From assembly GCA_951406725.2 (NCBI GenBank), contig OX597814.1, forward strand, positions 60,078,001-60,142,000: 64,000 bases of DNA, written 5' to 3'. Each line of letters opens with the position of its first letter. The stretch's first letter is position 1. The notes beneath the pieces are model-generated. The model was not told the DNA's origin. It saw nothing but the letters and a program-made list of their open reading frames with translations, and did no database searches. This DNA comes from Octopus vulgaris. Taxonomy: Eukaryota. This document shows, piece after piece, positions 41,926 to 52,652 of this stretch. The translations under genes and the position numbers were made by a program.

Positions 41926-42219
41926 GAGAATACGCTTTTACTAATACTGTCAGATATATTCATCCATATACAAGGTGACTCGATTGCCTATGTGTAAAGT
42001 AATATAATCACGAGAACCAGAAATAAAATAAAAAACTCAAGCTTGAAGCAACCGTTTTCGACGTATCGTTCAAAAAGGTTTTCAAACGAAAGAACATAAC
42101 GATAAGCGTTTTCTTCAAACTTTCATTTTACAAAAAATATTCAAAAAGTTTGGTTTACCAACTGATGATCAGAAAAAGAAGCAACTCGGAGTACTGGAAA
42201 TTGAAGCCTTCTCAGATAC

Positions 42220-42433
<214 letters not shown>

Positions 42434-42531
42434 TAATTTACAAGATAAGGGCAGAAGAAATATTCTAATACCAAATATGCCGAAACCAAAAGTTTTTTGT
42501 CGATAATCATTATAATTTATGCATCTCGTAT

Positions 42532-42592
42532 TTGCCGCTGAAGAGGGGAAGATTTCTTATGAATTAACCCCGAAATTGAACCAATACGGTAA
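42532..42592 (+). ncRNA. Type-I hammerhead ribozyme motif, copy 1
   Basis: ttgccg CTGAAGA gggg...cccc GAAA ttgaaccaa TA cggtaa. Confidence 0.85.
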
Positions 42593-43045
42593 TAACGAAT
42601 TTTTAGAGATTTCTATCGGTTTGTTTCGAGACGCATAAATTATAATGGTTATCGGCAAAAAATGTTTTTTTTCGGCATATTTGGCATTAGAATTTTTCTT
42701 CTGCCCTTATCTTGTAAATTATGTATAAATTTTACCTTTAAAGGCATTTGTTGATATTGCTGGCCATTGATAAAATTTTTTTACCGAAAAAATTTTATCC
42801 TATATTAATTATAAATAATTTCTTTATTTAGACAATTTCTTTATTCTATATTAATTATAAATAGATTAGTGTTCACTTCCGGATTCTATCACTCTGTGAA
42901 AGTTTCTAGTTCGAATCACACATGTCTCGAGGTGCGCCGAAGATTTTTCTATTTTGGATATATTTGGGGTACTTAAGTCTGCTCAGGACTTAGTGCTTGA
43001 TTTTTCCATGGGTATGAGTAAGTATTTCATTTATATCTCGCGTAT

Positions 43046-43106
43046 TTGCCGCTGAAGAGGGGAAAATGTCTTATGAATTAACCTCGAAATTGGACCAATA
43101 CGGTAA
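43046..43106 (+). ncRNA. Type-I hammerhead ribozyme motif, copy 2
   Basis: ttgccg CTGAAGA gggg...cctc GAAA ttgg-a-ccaa TA cggtaa. Confidence 0.85.
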
Positions 43107-43513
43107 TAATGAATTTTTTAGAGATTTCTATCGGTTTGTTTCGAGACGCATAAATTATAATGGTTATCGACAAAAAATTTTTTGTTTCAGTATTTTTGGC
43201 ATTAGAATTTTTCTTCTGCCTTTATCTTGTAAATTATGTATAAATTGAACCTTTAAAGGCATTTTTTGATATACTGGCCATTGATAAAAAATTTTTCCCG
43301 AAAAAATTTTATCCTATATTAATTATAAATAGATTAGTGTTCACTTCCGGATTTTATCACTCTGTGAAAGTTTCTAGTTCGAATCACACGTGTCTCGAGG
43401 TGCACCGAAGATTTTTCTATTTTGGATATATTTGGGGTACTTAAGTCTGCTCAGGACTTAGTGCTTGCTTTTTCCATGGGTTTGAGTAAGTATTTCATTT
43501 ATATCTCGCGTAT

Positions 43514-43574
43514 TTGCCGCTGAAGAGGGGAACATTTCTTATGAATTAACCCCGAAATTGGACCAATACGGTAA
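43514..43574 (+). ncRNA. Type-I hammerhead ribozyme motif, copy 3
   Basis: ttgccg CTGAAGA gggg...cccc GAAA ttgg-a-ccaa TA cggtaa. Confidence 0.88.
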
Positions 43575-43786
43575 TAACGAATTTTTTAGAGATTTCTTTC
43601 GATTTGTTTTCGACGTATAAATTATAATGGTTATAGACAAAAAATGTTTTGTTTCGGCATAATTGGCATTAGAATTTTTCTTCTGTCCTTATCTTGTAAA
43701 TTATGTATAAATTTTACCTTTAAAGGTATTTTTTGATGTGCTGGCCATTGATAAAAACTTTTTCGGAAAAAAATGTTATCCTATAT

Positions 43787-43833
<47 letters not shown>

Positions 43834-43848
43834 TATGTTACTATGTGC

Positions 43849-43879
<31 letters not shown>

Positions 43880-43918
43880 CTATGTATATATATATATATA
43901 TATATGTTACTACGTGTG

Positions 43919-43964
<46 letters not shown>

Positions 43965-43977
43965 TTTATATATATAT

Positions 43978-44296
43978 AGCCACAGGCGTGGCTGTGTGGT
44001 AAGAAGCTTGCTTTGCAACTACATGGCAACGGGTTTAGTCCCACTGTGTGGCACCTTAGGCAGGTGTCTTCTACTATAGCCTCAGCAGACGAAAACCGGA
44101 AGAAATTCATAGTATGTATATTTATGTGTGTGTGTCTTTGTGTCTGTGTTTGTCACTCCCCACCATCGTTTGACAACCGATAGAATAGGTACTAGGCTTA
44201 CAAAGAATATTCCTTTGATTGATTTCTTCGACGAAAACCCTTTAGGCGGTGCGCCAGCGTAGCCTCAGTTGAATGACTGAAACAAATATAAGAATA
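43978..44296 (+). mobile_element. SINE family A with internal deletions
   Basis: ggcgtggctgtgtggtaagaagcttgc...gaatgactgaaacaaa. Confidence 0.85.
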
Positions 44297-46689
44297 AAAA
44301 ACGAAAATAATATATTCGTTATTCAAACATGTTACAGCGAGATCTTTAACGATTATTTGTATATGAGTCCTTAATACATCATAATAGGATCTCTATGCTG
44401 TTCGCTCTATTTTAGGTCACGGGAGAATAACTTCGCAAATGTACGACGACGACACCGTCAACATATTCCGCAAAATGACGCACGGCATACCGGGACAACA
44501 CTGTTTAGTTTACTTTGTGTATCGTCAGCCAGAAACAAACGGAACTCCGAGCCTAGAGGAAGTCGCTGGCATTGGTTATATTTTCAGTGGACACCGGTGT
44601 CGCAAGATGCTGTGTGCCAATGTTAGAGTGTGTTAAACACGCTGTCATCTTAGAAGGTAGAGGATATATCCTAATCATGTACGCTACAGCGACCAACATG
44701 TTTCGGTCTGAACCTCTCTATACTTGTTAAAATATGCGAATAATCGTTGTGTGTTTGGACATGTGCGCGCGTGTGTTTGTGCGTGCACGCGTGCGTGCGT
44801 GCGCGTGTGTATGTGTATACATATAAATATAAATGCATGTATGCATGTATATACACATACATTTATATATAAAGAGAGAAAGAGAGAGAAGGGGAAGATA
44901 CATATACATACATAAATACGCATGTGCATATGACTGTATACGTACAAGTATGTTTTTAAGCGTATCATTCTTCGCAGCTAAATTGCATATGTTTACTGTT
45001 ATATAAGTATTATCAAACTATATAAACATGCATATTTGAAAGTATGTATTTATGAATGTATGTATATGTGTATGGAAGGATATTGCACAACCTGTTTGTT
45101 TGAGAATAAGTATATTACATATGAACATTTTAAACTAGCATACTTCTCACTGTTTATTGAGAATCTCATTTCGTGTAGAACAGTGATTAAATCGGGAAAG
45201 GTATATAACCATTATTCTAATGCATTTTAAAACACTACACGCTAATGTTTTATAACAGTAATTGACACGCTAAGCATGGCGTAATTACTGAGTATGACAT
45301 GTTATTAGAATGTAAGTGAACACGGCATTACAGCATATTTATATTGACTGAGTTCTCATGAAATATGAAAAGAAACACTATAATTAGATCAACTGCATAA
45401 AAGCATTTTATTGATATAAGCATATTTGAAGTAACTGAAAGAATATTAGCCTAGTAACGTGACACATTTTCTGAAAATGTGAAAGGGAAAGTTTATTTGG
45501 AAAATGTATGTTCCGGAGCAAAATATATTTAACAAAATTATGTATTTTTGTCATAAATATTCGTTCCTACGAACATGAAAGCGTAAAGCTATTTTCAGTT
45601 GCTCTTGTTGTTGTTCTTGTTTTGGTTGTTTAGCTTCTGTCCTATTACGTTGGAGTAGACCTATAATCAAATGTTGCATAACTGTCACTGCCATTCCATC
45701 TTTCCATTTTCTAAAATAGTTGGGTGTATTTTGAGGGAGACTTAGCTACTACTTATAGTACTTTACTTGACAACAAACAGGTTCCCGCTATTCTGATTCA
45801 CATGTCTCAAAGTAAAATCGACAGGAAACAATTTTGTCTTTTAAGTTTATCGAAAAGCATAATGCGGGAAGCAATTGTGTTCACACTGGAAATAGAAAAC
45901 TAGAAAAGGTTTAATAATATTCTTGGTTTATTGCTGCATTTACTTTTCATTATTTTCTTGATTTCTCAACTATTATTGAAGCATTATGCTTCAGCTTTGT
46001 TTTGTTTTGTTTTGCTTTTTTTGTCACTTAAATCGAGACTGCTTCCCATTTATGACTTTTGCTTATCTCAGAAACTCTCCAAGAAAGAAACTATTCCACA
46101 TTTCCACCGTCTTCTGTCCGTCACTTCTTGATAAACGTTTCTTTTTACACTGCATTCGGCACTGAACTTCTTAGTTTAAAAAGGCATTTTCTTACCCTTT
46201 TTTAATGGATTGAATAAACGTCACTTTTATTAGCTCTGTTTTACACAGTCATTCTTCACCTTGCTCTTCCTTCCTCTTATTGTTTTTTAGTGTCTAACGA
46301 CACAGCTTCCTAAATTATCGTGATGTTGTTGCACCGTGACCCCATTTGTACTGTCTGTCGTGTGTGTATTAGCAAAAGTTTTCTTAGTACCTTAATGTTG
46401 ATGTGTATGATGAGACTGGAGCTCTCAACTTATTCATTCAGACTTCATTTCGTCATAATCACATGTTTTGTATGGTTCTCAAACGTCACTTTTATTATTT
46501 GTGTTTCATTACAGCATTCTCAAGTCCGCACAAGTATTGACACTTTTCAATTTCATTTAATAAAGTAATTGCATTATTATACTGGAGGAAATATTACCAT
46601 TCAACTTTCACCTGTTTATGGTTAAGCCACAAGTTACGAACAGCTAAATGTTATAAACTGAATTATTACTTTCCCAAATACCTTACAAT

Positions 46690-47270
46690 TCATTTCAGGA
46701 CCAATATTCTTTTTTTATCGTATTCGTTCTGATTCAGGACCAAATATTTTATAAGTATTTTATTGTCTATGTATCTTCGAAGAACATTCTGAAATACTGA
46801 GCAGTCAACTTTCTTGTTACAGGATTTCCATACGTAAAGAATTAATAAAGACTCTTTGCCAACAAAACTGAATTTGTTTACAGCCAAGACAAACACGCTG
46901 GGCAAACATTCTCAATGGTGACACAACAGGATCAAGTTGAATGTCATCCACATAAATTACTGCCGCTAAGGTGTTCCCACTCAACAGAACGACGATTGAG
47001 CTACTGACTCTCGGTAACATCTCACATCCATGTGCGATTTTGAACACAAGGAACTGATGTTACTGTATGTTCAGTACCGTAGTCCTTCGCCAAAGTGGAG
47101 TCAGCTTGCAGTCAACTTCCTGCTTGAACATATGAGCCAAAAAATTAAGTACATCGCTGATATTTCCTCAATAACATCAATACCACATGACCTCAACTGA
47201 CCAACAAAGGCTTTACCACCATGGAGTCACCTTCAGTTTCTTCCAAGACGGCCACCTTGCTCTTATCATC
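46690..47270 (-). mobile_element. Heavily decayed Copia-like reverse transcriptase fragment
   Basis: Minus strand, in the expected order: RAR-VA..EE...DS (KARLVA-like), LW..YG.L-like, GNTLAAVIYVDDI (YxDD), then F.FVGKE and RRYI. Confidence 0.45.
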
Positions 47271-47299
47271 TCATGCACGTATTATGTATGTGTGTATGT

Positions 47300-47535
47300 G
47301 TGGAGGCGTGTGGTTTAGTGTTTGAGGTGTTGGTCTCGTGATCGTGAGATTGTAGTTTCAATTCCTGAACAGGGCGACGTGTTGTGTTCTTGAGCAAAAC
47401 ACTTCATTTCACGTTGCTCCAGTCCACTCAGCTGGCAAAAATGAGTAATCCTCCGACGGGAGGGAATATATACGCCATGAAATCGGGAAACCGACCCTTA
47501 TGAGTCGACTTGATTCGGAAAGGTAACTTTTTACC
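47300..47535 (+). mobile_element. SINE family C (tRNA head + CORE-like domain)
   Basis: tggtttagtg A box, gtttcaattcc B box, ttgtgttcttgagcaaaacacttcatttcacgttgctccagtccactcagctggcaaaaatgagt. Confidence 0.8.
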
Positions 47536-47649
47536 TATGTATGCATGTATGTAGGTAGGTATGTATATAAGTACGTATATATGTATATGTTTGTGTACAT
47601 ATATATGTATATATATATACATATATATGTATATATATACATATATATG

Positions 47650-47725
<76 letters not shown>

Positions 47726-48085
47726 CAAACACATGTACATACGTACATACATATTTACATACAAATAGAAATAGGATCAAAGAATGACAGTTATACTTAT
47801 TTATGCACTTAAATACAAGAATAACAAACACATACAAATACGTAGATGCATATGTGTGAGTGTGTGAGCGTGCGGTCGTGTGAGTATGTATGTATATATA
47901 TGCATATATACATATATATACACACACATGGGCAAACTACGCAGAAATTCTTGATTCGGAGTCCAGCTTGCAGTGCGAACAATAAAAAATCTAAACCTGT
48001 GATACTTGTCAAATTATCTACGAAATGGAAAACACAAATTTTAAACTCTGTTTTTTTTTTTACTGCTAATATTATGACATCGATT

Positions 48086-48450
48086 AGGGCGGCAATCTGG
48101 CAGAATCGTTGGTACCACGGGCAAAATGTTTAGCGGCATTTCGTCGTTCTTACCTTCTGGGCTCAAATTCCGCTGAGGTCGATAAATTAAGAACCATTTA
48201 AACACTGGGCGATGTAATCGACTTATCCCCTAACTTGCTGCCATTGTTTCAAAGTTTGGTTTGAAATCAGTAGTATGACATACGATTAGGGTGGTAATTT
48301 CGCAGAATCGTTATTACCACTGGCAAATTGCTTAGTGGCAGTCCATGCGTCCTTGTTTTCTGAGTTCTGAGTTTATCCTTCCGAGGTCGATTTAATCGAT
48401 TTACTCTCTCCCTCGAAATCGCTGGCCTTGTGCCTAAATTTGAAACCAAT
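48086..48450 (+). mobile_element. Two adjacent degenerate SINE family D copies
   Basis: ggcggcaatctggcagaatcgtt...ctcaaattccgctgaggtcgat and gcagaatcgtta...ccttccgaggtcgat...ccttgtgcctaaatttgaaaccaat. Confidence 0.7.
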
Positions 48451-49123
48451 AATATCGCATAAGTTTACCAATGTGAGGTCTCCAATAAAGAGTCAATAAT
48501 GTCACTGAGTGCAAGAGATAGAAAATACCTAAAGGAAACAATCCGAAAGGGAATAGCGGAGAGGAACCTATATGATAATTGCTTGGAAAATTTTGCGAAG
48601 TTACCTGCAATTTGGCTGAACCCCAGTGACCTTGACTATATCCCTTGAATGCAAATAATTTGGAACTAGGTAATGTGGTTCATGTTGACTAATATTTTAC
48701 CATGTAAAAGTAAATCACGCGAAATTTGATGCGGAATTCATGTAACCACATTCACTGCGCTGTTTGTTACTGTGGCAAGGATATCACGTACGTTTGTGAC
48801 AAAATAAAAAAAATGACCAGCTTCATATTTTCTCACATCTACGAATAGAGAATTTATCGTATAAACAGGAGCAATCACAATTCGCATATACGGCTGCACC
48901 TACAGTCGATGCGTTAAGTACTTGAAATCATGTTTTTCACGCATAACACACACATATATATAGCATAACTCACACCCATACATGCGTATAAACACATATA
49001 ACATACAATTCTTCCTGCTAAGAAAGAAGCTTATAAAATGAATGGAGAAATTCGAAGGTTTATTTTGAACCGATGGTAGATCATCTGTCATACACACGTG
49101 CGCGCACACATGTATATATACAG

Positions 49124-49256
<133 letters not shown>

Positions 49257-49427
49257 TTGATAGATAGACTGCCAGTGAAGTAGACAGATAGGAATATAGC
49301 TTCTTTATAAATAGATCGATGTTGAGGCACACATGATTTTTGTTCAGACGCACGCAACAGAAATTATATGATAGAATTATATTAGTGAATACATGTCTGA
49401 TTCAAAACAAATATTTTTACTTACGGT

Positions 49428-49467
<40 letters not shown>

Positions 49468-51096
49468 CAAATTAGTTAAACAAATCTCTGACGGAAACTA
49501 CCCACGTACAGCACGCTAACAAACTGTGTGCTCATATGAAATCCAGAAACTAAAATAATAATAATAAATATATTTCATGCTGGGAATAACTTTAAATCGA
49601 ATTTGACTAAAATTTGTTGAAATATTTAAATATCTTCATCTTTTTAAAATTGAATTAGATTAAAATAAGAAAATATCAAAATCACGTCTAAGAATATAAC
49701 TATCCGTTCTTCTAAACGTGTCCATGATTTCATTATTGTTTTTCGTGTCACTTGCAACTATTTCCATTATTTCTCAAATTATCCAACCAATGAAGGTTTT
49801 GAGAATTTGAAAGTGTTGTTTATGACAGTAGAAGAAGTTTGAATGATTGCAAATAAAGTTAGCAATATACACAGAAGATGCGACAATAACGTTTATACTC
49901 CAATATCTTATAGGATGAAGTATCAACCTTACCAGCGAGTGTTATCTACAATTTGAGCCTCCGCATCATGAAGAGAGAGAACCAGCTGTGAAATATTCGG
50001 ATAAGTAGAAATATAGGCAATGTTTTTTAAGGAGTTGAGGGCATTAGCCAGGCCGCACTACTAGAAAAAACTCAAAGAAAGTCCAGCAGGCAGCAGATTT
50101 CCCATGATTACCATGTAGTTACTCAATATATTAGCTGTAGGATGCAAAGCTCTGTCATATCATAGTCTATCGCCTTGGGTAATGAAGTCTATATGAAATT
50201 TGTACAATTGTGGAATGCTCATCGCTGGAATATGGTTCATTGAATGTCCACTTGATGAAGAATGACCTAGAGGTCCTCAACTACAACAACATTGATAAAA
50301 GAAATTATGTATTCATAAATACACATAATTTCATTTAATCTACGGAAACCTCTACAACAGTTAAAATCCATTTAGATGTTGATTCACCCATATTATTGAA
50401 TATTACAATTCAGCACAGTCTGGCCTTGTTACTATAAATAAATATACACGCCATCATAACGTTTTCAAGAAAGATCATTATTGCTGCTCCCTACCCTTCT
50501 GAAATGTGTATACATACACACGCGGCTAGTGCTTCGATGCTTTCAGCGGAAGCCACTCTATTATGTGCTTTCTGGCACGATCTTTAATTTCAGAATATTT
50601 CTTCTATCACTCTGTGACCAGTGTGGGGACTCTGGAAACAGTAATTGGTACCCGCCTAGTTCTCTTAGCAATAATAATTCACAGTCTAAAACATATTTCT
50701 TGTTTTCTTTTGATTTCACTGGCATTTTATATATTGACCTCCAAAATATGAGATTTTAGGAAAGAACAAGGAAGAAACTCGCTGTCGGAAACTAGTTCCT
50801 GTTTATACATGAAATTATATATCCTTTCGCAATACAGAGGCGAGCCTGAGGCAGAAATTGTTCATCGAATTGATTATATTATTAAATGATAATGCTATAT
50901 GACTATTAAATGGCGGTAGGTTGCAGAATCAGATATAACCCACGAATGAAACACCTTGCGATATTAGATGAAATGACTCCACATTCTGACTTCAAATGAT
51001 GCTGGGATTTGATATCGATACAATTAATGCTTGTCGATTTATGAGAATATTTACATTAACTACATCTTTCTTACAAACTGTTAATCCTTGTACCAA

Positions 51097-51646
51097 TATT
51101 GGTTTCAAATTTTGGCACGAAGATCGCAATTTCGCGGGTAAGGGTAAGTCGTTTACATCGACCCAGCACTCAAGTGGTACTTATTACATTGGTTTCGAGA
51201 TGATGAAATGTAAAGTCAACCTCGGCGGAATTTGAACTCAGAACACAAAGACTGACGAAATGTCGCTATTTTATCACTAACGATTCTGCCAGCTCGCTGC
51301 CTTCAAACTTGTACTAATATTAAAAACTTGTACCAATATTAAAAGTCAACAATGACAATTTCTACATATCGGTAAATTTTCATTATACGCATTTACAATC
51401 TAGAATTCTAATTCTGCTTAACCCTAGTAATAGGGATTTCAAATTTTGCCATAAGGCCTGCAAATTCAGAGGAGTGGCAAGTCGATTACATCTACCCAGT
51501 ACTCAACTGCGACCTTATTTTATCGATTTCGGAAACATAAAATACAAAGTCGACCTCAGCATAATTTGAACTCAGAATATAAAGATGGAAGGAATGCTGT
51601 AAAAAAATTTTTCCGGTGCGGTAACGATTCTGCCAGCTCGCCGTCT
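51097..51646 (-). mobile_element. Two SINE family D copies (51097-51302 and 51435-51646)
   Basis: Each has tttcaaattttg...aaagtc.acctc.gc..aatttgaactcagaa...aacgattctgccagctcgc. Confidence 0.8.
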
Positions 51647-52226
51647 TCATTAACCCTAGTAATATCAAAGCTTCGCTTGTTGAGGTTATATCTCTATTAA
51701 CATTTCAGCTTAGTAATTTAATGGAGGAGGCAGATGGGTAGCATACACTGTACAGAATCACAATAAATACTCTATAACTCATTAGGGTTCCACTTTCTTT
51801 GTAAATTCCGATCCCGGAGAAGCCGACTTTGCTGCTCAGTTCTCCGATATTTGATAAAATAAATACATATCAAGTTTTGAATCGATTAAATTGACTACAT
51901 TGTTGTCCAAATATTTATGACCCAGTGTCAGAACTGAATAATAAGCTATTCATCATATTATTGTGTACTGGCAGATTATTTAGAGTGCAGCAGTGAATGC
52001 CAACATTCGATGTATCCGATTATAGCTTTTATCTTTCTAGGGTCACCAAGTAAGTACCAATCAAAAACTAATTGTACCGAACTACACTACACCCACCTTC
52101 CAAAATATCTGGCTTTGTGACAATTCTAGTATTATATGAAAATTAATCACTGGACAAGATATATATATATAAATGTAATTTATTAATAGCTGGTACAGTA
52201 TGATCATCATAACAAGGATACTAGCA

Positions 52227-52375
52227 CATTATTTACATTATTTACATTTGACGGATATTTGTCATCTTGTTTGCTGTTAACACAGAGTTTCAGCTGATAT
52301 ACCCCCCAGCCTTCATCAAGGGAAATTTAGAAACCTGTGTTCTCATTCCTAAGGTATTTTTTGATATTATTATTA

Positions 52376-52425
<50 letters not shown>

Positions 52426-52427
52426 GT

Positions 52428-52477
<50 letters not shown>

Positions 52478-52652
52478 TTCAGGTCACTGCCTGGAATCGA
52501 ACTCGAAATTTCCCCAAGACACTTGATAAAGGCTGGAGTGTATATCAGCCGAAACATTGTGTCAACAACAAACAAGATGAGGACAAATAGTCGTCAAATG
52601 TAAATGATGTAAATAATGTACATAATCCCTCATCTCTTAAATATAGTACTGA
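52227..52652. mobile_element. Hammerhead-tailed tRNA-SINE-like element with inverted structure and 13-bp TSD
   Basis: AAGGATACTAGCA at 52214-52226 and 52653-52665. Minus-strand part 52227-52505: B box GTTCGATTC, (ACT)n(AAT)n, HHR remnant, tail. Plus-strand part 52503-52652: HHR remnant at 52518-52563, tail. Confidence 0.88.

Larger units (their letters stand above)
42434..43790 (+). mobile_element. Tandem array (~468-bp unit, about 2.6 copies) with one hammerhead per unit and a 5' inverted segment; retrozyme or Penelope pLTR-like
   Basis: CTGAAGA cores at 42538, 43052 and 43520; 42434-42528 is the reverse complement of 42627-42721; flanked by (TA)n on both sides. Confidence 0.9.

Noticed and set aside
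42158-42210. CTGATGA-tcag...ctg-GAAA as a hammerhead
   Set aside because: No helix III/UH and no helix I complement downstream
42434-43790. Array considered as a CRISPR-like locus or an assembly artefact
   Set aside because: Whole units repeat with no unique spacers and no cas genes; copies differ by substitutions and indels, which argues against collapse or duplication error
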